From the IMG/VR virus record IMGVR_UViG_2940244548_000002, positions 50,946 to 114,945 of that record: a stretch of 64,000 nt of DNA; one strand, given 5' to 3'. Both the position numbers and the translations under genes were made by a program. This DNA comes from a virus. Lineage: Duplodnaviria > Caudoviricetes. Shown here in pieces: positions 17,780 through 28,875 of this stretch. The notes under the pieces were generated by a model, which did no database searches, had not been told where the DNA came from, and saw only the letters and a program-made list of their open reading frames with translations. Position 1 is the first letter of the stretch. Each line of letters starts with the position of its first letter.

Positions 17780-18256
17780 ATGAAAAATAGAATAGAAAGA
17801 TTAAAGCTGGCAGTGCTCCTATTAACTGTAAATTTTTTAGCTGGGCACTCAAAAGCAGGAAAACCTACAGGATTTGCTGATGCATATAAAAGCAAAATAA
17901 AACTGCATACGATGCGGGAAAACTACGAGTACTGGGCTGCCAAAGTAGAGAAAATAAATGCTGGCAAAATGGAGCTTAGTATTAGGCAATGGGCTGGTAA
18001 ACCATATAATAGTAACCAGAGCGAACTAGACCGTTTGCAGCATGTGCATTTGCAACGCTTTGAAATGTACTGGTATAAAAGCCAGAGAGAAAAAGGAGAA
18101 TTACCCACTGTTTGCATTGATGGGAAGCTCTACACGGATGTAAAAACTCTTGCTGCAAATGATGGGCTAGAGCTGGAGGATTGGTTAGAGTGGTTTTTCA
18201 AGAAAAAAGAGACGGTTAGCGGGTGTATAATACATTTTACTGATTTCAAATACTAA
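17780..18256 (+). CDS. Hypothetical phage protein (possibly ASCH/PUA-like)
   Basis: KLHTMR, SIRQW.GKPY.S, LAANDGL...DW..WF. Confidence 0.5.
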   Translation: MKNRIERLKLAVLLLTVNFLAGHSKAGKPTGFADAYKSKIKLHTMRENYEYWAAKVEKINAGKMELSIRQWAGKPYNSNQSELDRLQHVHLQRFEMYWYKSQREKGELPTVCIDGKLYTDVKTLAANDGLELEDWLEWFFKKKETVSGCIIHFTDFKY

Positions 18257-18270
18257 TTATTGTGGGAGCT

Positions 18271-18678
18271 ATGGACGAACAATGGAGACCCGTAATGGGG
18301 TATGGAGGCTACGAGGTAAGTAATTTAGGTAATGTTCGCAAGCAGGGGCAAACAAAGCATCTGAAAAGGTGTACAGGGTATGGTATGAGGCGTGTTGTTT
18401 TGCGTTCTGGAAACGATTTTCACCTAATATCAGTGGCAAAATTAGTATTGGAGGCTTTTACTGGAAAAATGCCCAAAGGCATGAAGCCAAGTTGTATGGA
18501 TGGTAATTATGAGCACTTAGAGCTAACAAATTTATGCTGGGTGGTACGGAGGCAAAAAAAATACAAGAAAACAAAAAGACAGCCGACAAAGCCCAGCACC
18601 ACTATGGAGGATTTAATAAACAGGCATAGTAAATACATAAAAAAACAAAATGGAGATGGGAGCAACAGCACGCAGTAA
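18271..18678 (+). CDS. NUMOD4-domain protein with degenerate HNH region
   Basis: EQWRPVMGYGGYEVSNLGNVR; LVLEAF...DGN...NL.W. Confidence 0.65.
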   Translation: MDEQWRPVMGYGGYEVSNLGNVRKQGQTKHLKRCTGYGMRRVVLRSGNDFHLISVAKLVLEAFTGKMPKGMKPSCMDGNYEHLELTNLCWVVRRQKKYKKTKRQPTKPSTTMEDLINRHSKYIKKQNGDGSNSTQ

Positions 18679-18875
18679 TTTTTTTGCAGATAAGGCTAAC
18701 ATGGAGAGCCAAGTATTATCTCTGGTAGAAGATTTTGCTAAAAAACATGGGGTATCTGTAGTATTTACAGCAGATATAGCTGTAGAACAGGAGTGTATTT
18801 GTGAAGTAGGCAAACCAGATAGGGTGATTGCCAATATTGTAACAAAAAAGAGTTATAAAGTTAATATCGAATAGT

Positions 18876-19553
18876 ATGGGATTAAATAATTCAAAAGGCA
18901 ATATGTATGATTTTGTAACTCATACATGGAACGCAATAAAAGGAGCATGTTTGCATGATTGCTCATATTGTTATATGAAGCGGTGGGGCAAATTAAATCC
19001 AGTACGGTTGGATGAGAGCGAGTTTAAGACAGATTTGGGAGCTGGCAACTTCATTTTTGTTGGTAGCAGCTGTGATATGTTTGCAGAGGATATACCAGAG
19101 GAATGGATACTAAAAGTATTAAACTTTTGCTATCAGCATGACAACAGGTACTTAATCCAATCAAAGAACCCTGCAAGGATTTTAGAGTTTATCAATCATC
19201 CCATTTTTTCAAAGAAAGCAGTTGTATGTACTACTCTGGAGAGTAATGTTTTTTATCCAGAGGTAATGAAAAACTCTCCTGCACCATTAGATAGAAGTGC
19301 AGCAATGAGCCAGATAAGCCATTGCGGTGTACCTACCTATGTTACCATTGAGCCAATAATGGAGTTTAGCAGCCTAGTGCTATTTTCTGAAATGATTAAA
19401 CAATGCAATCCAGTACAGGTAAATATTGGAGCTGACAGCGGGAATAATCACCTACCAGAGCCCTCTATTGAAAAAATAGAGGAGCTAATAAATGCAATAA
19501 AAGAGTTTACAACAATTAACCGTAAAAGTAACTTAAAGAGAATTTTAAAATAA
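18876..19553 (+). CDS. DUF5131 / Gp37Gp68-like radical-SAM-related protein
   Basis: TWNAIKGACLHDCSYCY (CxxxCxxC), IFVGSSCDMF, SKNP, TIEP. Confidence 0.7.
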   Translation: MGLNNSKGNMYDFVTHTWNAIKGACLHDCSYCYMKRWGKLNPVRLDESEFKTDLGAGNFIFVGSSCDMFAEDIPEEWILKVLNFCYQHDNRYLIQSKNPARILEFINHPIFSKKAVVCTTLESNVFYPEVMKNSPAPLDRSAAMSQISHCGVPTYVTIEPIMEFSSLVLFSEMIKQCNPVQVNIGADSGNNHLPEPSIEKIEELINAIKEFTTINRKSNLKRILK

Positions 19554-20078
19554 AAATTATGAGAATAGAGGAACAAATATGCTCTATTGAGCAAGCCAAA
19601 AAACTAAAAGAGTTGGGGTTAGTACAATCAAGCAGCTTTTATTATGTAAATAACTGGAGAAATCCACGCTGCCAGCCTATTAATGATGGTGAGCATATTG
19701 TACAAGGATGTGAAAAGCATATAACCAAACTGAAAGGTCGGGAAAGAGGTACAGAGGTTGAGTTTGTTTCAGCTTATACAGCAACCGAGTTGGGAGTATT
19801 GTTGCCCAATATATTACCATACAGAACTGTGGGTTATGGTATAGTACTTAGACAGGCTTTTCCAGATGGGAAAGAGCAAGATTATTATATGGCTGAGTAT
19901 GTAGAAGTTTATTCTGACCTTGATTATGGTGCTACGGTATATGAGGGTACTGGGGAAACAGAAGCTCAATCACGTGCATGTCTCCTTATTGAGATGATAA
20001 AAGCTGGACATATTGAGGTAAAAGCTATAAATGAAGCGTGTTGCCCAGAGAAAGAAGAAACTCCTTTTTTTTAATATT

Positions 20079-20684
20079 ATGAACAAAATTAGAAATGCAA
20101 TCTGTGTAGCACTGCTACAGCTGGTGGTAAAGATTAGTAACTACCAGACTAAAAGCTGGGAGGTTAAAACGGATGGCTGTTTTAGAACCTATAAACAAAT
20201 AAAGTTTAGCATACTGCACCCAGAGCCAGATATGATACATATTGAGGATATAGCAAAAGGGCTGGCATACAAACCTCATTTCTCTGGTTTTTCCCCTCAA
20301 TTCTTTTCTATTGCAGAACATAGCCTTTTAGTAGAGCGGATAGTAGCAGCAAGTAACCCAGAAAACTATTATGAACGTTTAGAGGCTCTTTTGCATGATG
20401 GCTCGGAGGCTTATACTGGAGATATGATTAAGCCATTAAAAAACCTCCTGCCAAACTTTGTGGTTATTGAAAAGCGCATACAGGCGGTTATTTACAAACG
20501 TTTTGGCATATTCCCTAAAGGAGTAAAGCAAGCTGATAACGTAGCACAGGATATTGAGGCTGCTGTGTTTTACGGTAAAGCAAAGTACGATGAGATAAGA
20601 TACCTTACTCCAGATAGTGCATACACAGACTTTTTGAATAAGTATAATTACCTAATGTATAAAATAAACGAGAAAAACCAATGA
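20079..20684 (+). CDS. HD-domain 5'-deoxynucleotidase-like protein
   Basis: IEDIA..L, FSIAEHS, ALLHDGSEAYTGD...PLK. Confidence 0.8.
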   Translation: MNKIRNAICVALLQLVVKISNYQTKSWEVKTDGCFRTYKQIKFSILHPEPDMIHIEDIAKGLAYKPHFSGFSPQFFSIAEHSLLVERIVAASNPENYYERLEALLHDGSEAYTGDMIKPLKNLLPNFVVIEKRIQAVIYKRFGIFPKGVKQADNVAQDIEAAVFYGKAKYDEIRYLTPDSAYTDFLNKYNYLMYKINEKNQ

Positions 20685-23600
20685 AAACAGCTTTAGAAGA
20701 GATGGCAGATAACATCCGCAATGCCCAAATAGCAGAGCAAGAACAATTATCAAATGCGGATAAATTGAGAGTACAAAGTGAGGCGAATTATATTCTTGAA
20801 GAGTTTGAAACGGCTTTTGCTCCAGAGCTTGAAATATTAAAAGAATCTGGGGTTACATGGAGTGCCCAGCATCAAGATAAAAGGTACTCTTCGCAAGGCT
20901 TCTATATCCAGTTTGAGAGAGAGGGTAAAATATTAAAGATGGATTTCTCAAACCGACATTCATACAGGTATGAGCATGTGCCATATAGCAGCAACCGAAC
21001 TGGCTCTATGACCTATGGTAGCTGGAGTAAAGAACAGTTTATACTTTTTATCCATGATGGGTTATTTGGAAATAGAGATTATGCTACAGCTCCAGAGGAG
21101 GAAGTAGGAACAAACAAAAATAAAGAAGACAATGGAAAAATTTAATGGCACAAGAGGTAAATGGCAGCTTACAACATCTGCTTTAGAATGCGATCACAAT
21201 ACAGAGATAGCAACAATTTGGGGTGATAGTGAGTATGGAGAGGGAGCAACCTTAATCGCTCACATAGACAAAGGTGCTGGTGATGAGAAAGCACTAGCTA
21301 ATGCGAACCTGATTGCAGCAGCTCCAGAACTGCTAAAGACACTGCAAGGTATGCAGCTCTCAATGATGGCACACCCAGACTATGTTAGCGGTGAAAATCA
21401 AGAGTTTATAGACTATGTAGATATAGCACAGGAGGTAATTAACAAAGCATTGGGTATTGAGCAATGAAAACAATTAAAGATTTTATCTGGTGGCTCTCTG
21501 TAGGTGGTGTTTTCAAACGCTACTGGGATAATATAGAGTATTTCTGTAATGATAAGAATGTTTTGGTAAGCGATTTTATACAAAACATGGATGCCAATAA
21601 GCCCGATACTTTGTTTTGGGTTGCAGAAAATGAACTCTTGTTTTTTAAGGAGGCTAAAGAGAAATATATTAACTGGTTAAAAGATAATTGATTATGAGCA
21701 ACAAAAATATACCAGCAGAAATAGTTAAGCACTATGTAGAACTTAACTGGAAACTCCGAGAAGCAAGCGAGTTACCATACGGAGAGGAGAGTGATAAATA
21801 TGAGTATTTGGAAACACATTACACATATTACACCTTGCCAAAAGGTTTGAGCGATGATGATAAACTAATTTGCATGCTCTTACTATTACATCAAACAGAA
21901 AGAGGGTTAGTTAAAAAGGAGCTCAAAGAAGCATTTGGCTGGAGCAAATACAAATCTGGTAAGATAGCACGGCAAAACCCTTATTGTAATACAGTAACCC
22001 TGCTTTGTGAAAATGGTGGCTATGGAGGCATAGGGTATGCTTTAGATTGGGATATGCACCGTGCCATGTTAGCATACTGTGCAGAGCATTACCCATGCAC
22101 AAAGTGTACTAAACTAAGTAAATGGGAAAGCCAAAGGTTTCCTAGAAAAGATGCTATAGGTTATTGTTCGCTTGATACCCAGTGCCAAAGGTACTGTAAT
22201 AGTGGGTGCGTTAATGGGCGTTATGAATTAATGGAAGAGCATGAGGTTTGCGCTACGGAATAAATCAAAGCTGATTAAAGCCTTTGGAGAGCCTTTCTAT
22301 CTCCAGCTTATAAAATGCCTATCAAATCATTTTGAGAGCAATGTGCAAATTGATAGGCTGGAAATAGAGGGCTTAAACTACCAAGTTATTGAAGTGCCAA
22401 AGAGCTCCAGCGAGATTTACCAGTTCGCAGTAACCAGAGAGATGTACGATGTATTAACTCTGGCATATTATAAAACAGTAGAACGATAGAGAGTATGTAC
22501 AATAAAAGAACATGGATAAACAAAGATAATTCTCCGTCCACAGGCAATGTAGTGGCTTTTGATGGAGAAGTAGACTGGGGGGATGGGAAAACACGGAGTA
22601 TATTTCTCTCTGTTTCAGATTGTAATGTATCGGCAAGGTTGCATAAATCACATGATGATACAGTAGAAGACTTTATTGATAAAATGAAGTTATTACGAGA
22701 TGAGATAAATTTATTTATTAATCACCTAGAGGCAAACAAATAAATGGCAACACATACATTAAAAACAAACCTAAAAGGGCTAAAGCGATGGGCTTGGCGC
22801 AAAAATCTAAGCGGTTTTTTTATTGTAAATGGCAAAGAGCTTACTGATGCACAGGTAAGAACAATGGTAGAATGGGCTATCAACAAAGGCTATGAATACG
22901 ATGCCGACATACCAGAGAAAGAGGTGATAGAATTATTAAACCTACAAAACCAATAATATGGCAGCATTTGAGTATATAAAAACGACCTACAAAGTGCCTG
23001 CTGAAATCGGCAGGGAAATTCTCTATAAGGGAGATAAAAAAGGTGAGCGAAAGGGCATTATAGTTGAAGATAGGGGCAACTATATCGGGGTAAACTTTTA
23101 CGATACGAAACCAGAGGATATAGTACCATTGCACCCTACATGGGAAATAGAATATCTGGGTATTGGGGAGATAAGGAAAGTTTCAAAATCAAGGATGAGA
23201 GCTAAACAACGGTATGAGGAATACCGTAGCGCAGATTGGTACTCTGGTACATTTGCCGAATGGCTGGGAATTAAACCTAAAAAGTAAGCACTATGAAAAG
23301 AGTACAAACAGCAAAAGAGCTTGATGCTTTTATTAAGAACAAAGGGCATAAGAATATAGGGTACATGCACCAACGTATGAAATACGATTGTGAACAATCA
23401 CGCAGAGAGAAAGCACTTGCAAGGGCATGGAGGAAAGATAATTTATGCAATTCATGGAAAAATAGCGGGTTTGGTGTATTGCAAGATTTATTTATAAACA
23501 CCGAGCACAGAGATAGAACCTATCATTTCCCAATAAGTATAATTTCAAAACGAGATAGAGTAATTGCAGCAACGGTTATCCAATGGCTGGGCTCTAATTG

Positions 23601-25443
23601 TGGTTTCTCATGGCTGTGTGATGTAATGAAAAGATGCGGATATAAAATAACAAAGATAAACTAATGGCAAAAATAAGATTATCAAACTTTGGTGCTCCAG
23701 AGAGCGAGTACGAAACAAAATATGATTGGGGCTTTTTCTGCCAATCAGGTGCAAATGGTGTAGTGTTCTCACAAAAAGGTAATTATCAGACAGCATTTTT
23801 TGAGGCATTCCCACGCAATCCAAAATGCTTTATACGTGGAGAGGGTGCAACAGTGGAGGAAGCCGAACAGGATGCATGGGAGCAATGGCAAAAAATACAG
23901 GTGTGTAATCACGAAATGGAGCGTAGGAATAGGAAAGATGGCTATGGGTACTGTAAATATTGCACCTATTCTGATATGGTATTTGAACCACTTACCAAGT
24001 GTTGTAAGTGTGGAGAGCCTACCAGATACACAACTGATAATAAAGAGCATTGGTACTGTAAAAAGCACTCCAGAAACATACCTAAAAGGTTAAAGCAAGA
24101 GTGGATGCTTGATAGGCACAAGCGTTTACCACGTGTAACCAAAAAGGTAATGAAAAAAGGTGCAGCCATAAAACTGACTGGCAGCAAATACGGCAAAGTT
24201 AAGTTTGAGTACAAGGTAACTATTGCTTTTAGAGCTAATGGTTACAGGCTGGATATATTTAACCGCAAACAGCGGAGGTTGTTAATTCAAATGGGTAAAT
24301 GATATGCACTATAAACAGGAATATAATTACGGATGTGGACTATATACCATTGCAAATGTATTGCAAGATGGTGAAATTATTACTCCCAGAAACATTGAAG
24401 CATCTAAAAATGGGAATAATCTGGGGCAACTGAATAAATGGCTATGGGAAAGAGATTATGATATTTGGATTGGTATGTTACGGTATAACAATCAAGAGCC
24501 AATTGAAATATTTGATTTAAAACCAGATTTTGAAGCAGATGAGCGGGTGTTATGGTATCCCTTTATGATTGTGGTTATATCTACATCAAATAGAAATCAC
24601 ATGATAGGTTGCCGTTATATGAGGGATAGGAGCATAATTGTACATGATTCATTACAAGATACCGAAATGGTATTTAAGAGCTTTGATTTATTTGAGGAGC
24701 ATTACAAAGGTAGAGTATTATCTTTTGAGTGTTTCTATACGTTAAAAAATGAAACAGTTGCAATAGTAAAAACATAAAAGCATGAGTAGCATAAAGCCTA
24801 AAGTGCTAAGGAAGCACATAAAAAGAGACAAACGAATGCTCCGACTTTTATATAGAAAAGGATTGCTAGATGCATGGATGGATTCACATATTCATTGGGC
24901 AGCATACAGGAGCTTCAATAATAGGTTTAACAAAAACCATCTGTATCATATAGAACCGTATTACTGGATTGAAGATTATTGGGGAGAGGGAGATGAAAGA
25001 GAGCTAATATCTGATGTTATAGATAACCATATATGGGAAACATTAAACCCAAAAGATGAGCACTTTAACGTAGAAAGAGAGTTTTACAAGTGGCACAAAG
25101 AGCATAGTTCTTTCAAAAAAATGATGAACTACCTGCATTCATTGCCTACAAAGAGGCGTGATAGTGGAATTAATAAATATCTGAAAATCAACTTAACAGA
25201 TTTATAAAGTATATGGAATGTGTATATGAAATAAAAATTACTCGCGAAATAGTAATGGAGGCTGCAAAAAAGGCAGCAGAAAATTTTTGTAAAGAGTTAA
25301 ATGGTGGTATATATACAGACAGGACAGGAGACTTACGAAACACATTCGGCTATGTTATTAAAAATGATACGATTGTTATTTTGAAAGGAATGATTGTTAT
25401 TGGAACGGTAAATATACCAATGCCTGCCGACCCTACTAAGTAG
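20681..25443 (+). other. Cluster of about 14 short, tightly packed hypothetical early ORFs
   Basis: Consecutive + strand ORFs with overlapping or adjacent start and stop codons; mostly no recognisable family. Confidence 0.7.
24304..24777 (+). CDS. Putative papain-fold cysteine peptidase
   Basis: Q....GCGLY..ANVLQ, NHMIG, VHDS: Cys-His-Asp spacing. Confidence 0.45.
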   Translation: MHYKQEYNYGCGLYTIANVLQDGEIITPRNIEASKNGNNLGQLNKWLWERDYDIWIGMLRYNNQEPIEIFDLKPDFEADERVLWYPFMIVVISTSNRNHMIGCRYMRDRSIIVHDSLQDTEMVFKSFDLFEEHYKGRVLSFECFYTLKNETVAIVKT

Positions 25444-25520
25444 TTATTATAGTAGTGTGTGTTTAGTAATATAGTAATAAATATAAATAATTAGAATTAC
25501 AAAGAAAAAAGGGTAAAAAA

Positions 25521-25973
25521 ATGGGAAGTTTAAACAGAGTACAATTAATAGGCAATTTGGGTAAAAATCCAGATGTGCGGACTATGGATAATGGCAATAA
25601 AGTTGCCTCTTTCTCAATAGCAACTACAGAGCCAGCTTATTCTTTAGCCAATGGCATAAACGTACCAGAGCGCACAGAGTGGCATAACGTAATAGCATGG
25701 GGTGCTTTGGCTGGAGTAGCAGAGAGGTTTTTACAAAAAGGACAACAGGTTTTTTTAGAGGGTAAACTAAGAACCCGAAGCTATGAGAAAAACCAAGCTA
25801 AGCACTATGTAACGGAAATAATGTGCGAGAGAATAACGCTTTTGGGTGGTAATTCGGGGCAAAATTCGCAATATCAGCCCCAAAGTGGCACAAATGTACC
25901 AGTGCAGGAAAATAATACAATGTCGAGCACGACATCAAACAATGGAGGCTATACAGATGATTTACCATTCTAA
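25521..25973 (+). CDS. ssb: Single-stranded DNA-binding protein
   Basis: LNRVQLIGNLGKNP, TEWH, EGKLRTRSY, C-terminal DDLPF. Confidence 0.95.
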   Translation: MGSLNRVQLIGNLGKNPDVRTMDNGNKVASFSIATTEPAYSLANGINVPERTEWHNVIAWGALAGVAERFLQKGQQVFLEGKLRTRSYEKNQAKHYVTEIMCERITLLGGNSGQNSQYQPQSGTNVPVQENNTMSSTTSNNGGYTDDLPF

Positions 25974-26469
25974 AAAATACGATAACATTGTGGCTATTGA
26001 CCCTGATGTAGATAAGTCTGGAGTGGCATACCTAAAAAGAGCTACACGGCAATTGGAGGTTTCAAACCTTACTTTTCCCCAGCTGCTTGATTACTTACAG
26101 CATGTTAAACAAGTGCGAGACAATGAGGGTGAGAGTGTTATTATTGTTGTGGAAGCTGGCTGGCTTATAAGTAGTAATTGGCATCTAAAATCAAAAGACA
26201 ATAAAAAAATTGCAAGCGCAAAAGGTAATTCCACTGGGAGAAATCACGAGGTGGGAAGAAAAATTGTAGAGATGTGCAAGCATTACGGATTAGATGTACA
26301 TGAGCAATACCCTCTTAAAAAGAGTTGGAAAGGTAACGAGGGGAAAATAACCCATGAAGAGTTATCAAGTATTACAGGTTTAATGGGTAGAACAAACCAA
26401 GAGGCAAGAGATGCAGCTTTAATAGCATGGCATTATGCAGGTTTACCCATAAGGCTAAAAGCTATGTAA
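25957..26469 (+). CDS. RuvC-like Holliday junction resolvase
   Basis: VAIDPD..KSGVA, VVEAG, RDAALIA. Confidence 0.7.
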   Translation: MIYHSKKYDNIVAIDPDVDKSGVAYLKRATRQLEVSNLTFPQLLDYLQHVKQVRDNEGESVIIVVEAGWLISSNWHLKSKDNKKIASAKGNSTGRNHEVGRKIVEMCKHYGLDVHEQYPLKKSWKGNEGKITHEELSSITGLMGRTNQEARDAALIAWHYAGLPIRLKAM

Positions 26470-26495
26470 ACTTTCTACTTTCATCTTTTGACTAC

Positions 26496-26520
26496 AAGGC
26501 GTGTATATATATCACGCCTT
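26496..26520. promoter_or_regulatory. Consensus copy of the 19-bp palindromic operator at the late-operon start
   Basis: AAGGCGTG-TATATATAT-CACGCCTT; seven more copies elsewhere in prophage 2. Confidence 0.7.
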
Positions 26521-26569
26521 TTTTATTTCCTTTGCAATCAAACGCAAATAAATCAAACGGTTATTAAAT

Positions 26570-27991
26570 ATGAAAGCAGAGAAAGTGTCTTTGGGTAAGA
26601 TTGTCTTAAACGACAGCAACCCACGAACAATAACGGACGAGAAGTTTATAAAGCTGGTAGAGAGCATCCTAGTATTTCCTAAAATGCTGGAGTTACGCCC
26701 AGTGGTGCTGGATGAGAACTACATAGCACTGGGTGGTAACATGCGTACACGTGGGCTGCAATGGATAGTAACAGCTACACAAACGCAGATTGAGGAGCAT
26801 TTACAACGGCAAAGCAAATACAGGCTCTTAACCGAGTATGAGCAACAGCAGCTTATAAACTTCTGGCTGGAGTGGAAGAGAAACCCAATGGTTTACTGTG
26901 TGTTTGCTGATGATTTAACAGAGGATGAGCGTAACGAATTTATCGTAAAAGATAATGTTGGCTTTGGTAGCTGGGATATGGATATACTGGCTAATGAGTT
27001 TGATGAGCAGTTGCTACTTGATTGGGGTATGGATGTTTGGCAAATGGATGGTGGGGATGATAACGGAGCTGGAGGCAAAGAGAAGCATGGCAGCCTACTG
27101 GATAAGTTTGTTGTTCCTCCATTTACGATACTGGATACTAGGCAGGGCTACTGGAGAGAACGTAAAGAGGTTTGGCGGGCACTCATAGATGATAATGGAG
27201 AAAGCAGGGAGGGTACACTTGCAAACGGTGAAACAAACTGTATGGCATCCATAAACAATGGGGTTTCGCTCCTTGACCCAGTAATGGCAGAGATTGTTTG
27301 TAGGTGGTTTGGCATTGAGGGTGGCAAAGCCTTTGATTGTTTTGCGGGTGATACAGTATTTGGATATGTAGCAGCTACTCTGGGGCACTCCTTTACTGGC
27401 ATAGAGTTAAGAGAGGAGCAAGCAGCATTAAACAATGAGCGGGTTGCTGGTATGAGTGCAGAGTACATTTGCGATGATGGGCAAAACGTATTAAAGCACA
27501 TAGGCAAAGGTACACAGGATTTGCTGTTTAGTTGTCCTCCCTACTTTGATTTGGAGGTGTACAGCGATAAACCGAACGATGCCAGCAACCAGAGCACCTA
27601 TAAGGGCTTTTTGGAGATACTGGATAAAGCATTTACCGATGCTCTGGTGTGCCTTAAAGATGATAGGTTTGCTGCCATTGTAGTTGGAGACATCCGAGAT
27701 AAGCAAACTGGCTTTTATCATGATTTTGTTAGCGACATCAAAGATATATTTAAGCGCAATGGTGCTCCTCTCTATAATGAGATGATAATTATTGAGCCCA
27801 TAGGCACATTACCCCAGCGTGTGCAGCGATATATGAAAAACCGAAAGGTCGGCAAATGCCATCAGAATGTACTGGTATTCTACAAAGGCGACCCAGATAA
27901 AATTAAGGATAACTATAAACTTATTGAGTATGCAAGCGAAGATTTGGAATCATTCGGCATGGATAACGGAGACAGCACCAGCGAAGATTAA
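26570..27991 (+). CDS. ParB-like domain fused to amino-DNA methyltransferase
   Basis: NPRTI..LRPVV..GGNMR (ParB-N); FDCFAG motif I and FSCPPY motif IV. Confidence 0.85.
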   Translation: MKAEKVSLGKIVLNDSNPRTITDEKFIKLVESILVFPKMLELRPVVLDENYIALGGNMRTRGLQWIVTATQTQIEEHLQRQSKYRLLTEYEQQQLINFWLEWKRNPMVYCVFADDLTEDERNEFIVKDNVGFGSWDMDILANEFDEQLLLDWGMDVWQMDGGDDNGAGGKEKHGSLLDKFVVPPFTILDTRQGYWRERKEVWRALIDDNGESREGTLANGETNCMASINNGVSLLDPVMAEIVCRWFGIEGGKAFDCFAGDTVFGYVAATLGHSFTGIELREEQAALNNERVAGMSAEYICDDGQNVLKHIGKGTQDLLFSCPPYFDLEVYSDKPNDASNQSTYKGFLEILDKAFTDALVCLKDDRFAAIVVGDIRDKQTGFYHDFVSDIKDIFKRNGAPLYNEMIIIEPIGTLPQRVQRYMKNRKVGKCHQNVLVFYKGDPDKIKDNYKLIEYASEDLESFGMDNGDSTSED

Positions 27992-28208
27992 GGCAGAGTT
28001 TAATGCCATACTAAAGCAAAGCGGATTTAAGGTACTGGAGCTAACAGAGCACCATTTTAACCCACAGGGCTATACAGCACTATGGCTACTGGCAGAAAGC
28101 CATTTTGCTGTACATACTTTCCCAGAGTACGGTAAAACCTACATTGAGCTATCAAGCTGCAATATGGAGTATTACGCAAAATTCATTGAGCTAACAAAGG
28201 ATTTGTAA
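27930..28208 (+). CDS. speD: S-adenosylmethionine decarboxylase (prokaryotic SpeD/SpeH type)
   Basis: HHFNPQGYTALWLLAESHFAVHTFPE..YIELSSC, with the E-S-H self-cleavage site. Confidence 0.85.
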   Translation: MQAKIWNHSAWITETAPAKIKAEFNAILKQSGFKVLELTEHHFNPQGYTALWLLAESHFAVHTFPEYGKTYIELSSCNMEYYAKFIELTKDL

Positions 28209-28209
28209 C

Positions 28210-28875
28210 ATGGATACCCAAGAGTTAAACAATAGACAACAGCGGAAAGGCAGGCAGATAAAGCAGGCTAGACTGGAGATAGTGGCTGAACTCTACAAGA
28301 GGGGTAAGAGCATCAGGCAGATTGCAAAAGAGGTAAAGGTACGGCTGAACTTAGATAAAATGCCCAGCACGCAAACCATATTTGCCGATACACAGCTATT
28401 ACTTAAAGAGTGGAGAGAGTACCGAATAACCAACACAGATGAGCTGGTACAGCTGGAGCTGGAGCGCATAGATGATGCCATTGTTGAGCTCTGGGATGCA
28501 TGGAATAAAAGCAAGCAGGATTACCAAGCATCCAACCGCAAACAAAAAGCCCAGATTGAGAAAGCAGGTAAGGAGAAAGGGGAAGATGGAGAGCCCAAAG
28601 GTAAAGACGGCAAGGTTACTCCATACTATCTGGAAGAGGGCAAAAAGGAGGTACGCAAATATGGTGATGTTAGCTACATATCCGAGATAAGGCAACAGCT
28701 CCAAGAGAGGCGCAAACTACTGGGCTTGTACGCTCCAGATAAGAGAGAATTAACAGGGGCAAATGGCAAGCCGTTAAACCCACCACAAAGCCAAATTAAC
28801 TTAGATGAGCTAACAGAGGAAGAGCAAAATGTATTGTTCCAGATAGCATTAAAACGTGAGCGGAAGCAACAGTAA
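28210..28875 (+). CDS. Terminase small subunit
   Basis: N-terminal HTH, ERRKLLGLYAP..ELTG.NG.PL; directly before TerL. Confidence 0.75.
   Translation: MDTQELNNRQQRKGRQIKQARLEIVAELYKRGKSIRQIAKEVKVRLNLDKMPSTQTIFADTQLLLKEWREYRITNTDELVQLELERIDDAIVELWDAWNKSKQDYQASNRKQKAQIEKAGKEKGEDGEPKGKDGKVTPYYLEEGKKEVRKYGDVSYISEIRQQLQERRKLLGLYAPDKRELTGANGKPLNPPQSQINLDELTEEEQNVLFQIALKRERKQQ

Noticed and set aside
18271-18678. Mobile homing endonuclease or intron
   Set aside because: HNH catalytic residues appear lost and no interrupted host gene is evident
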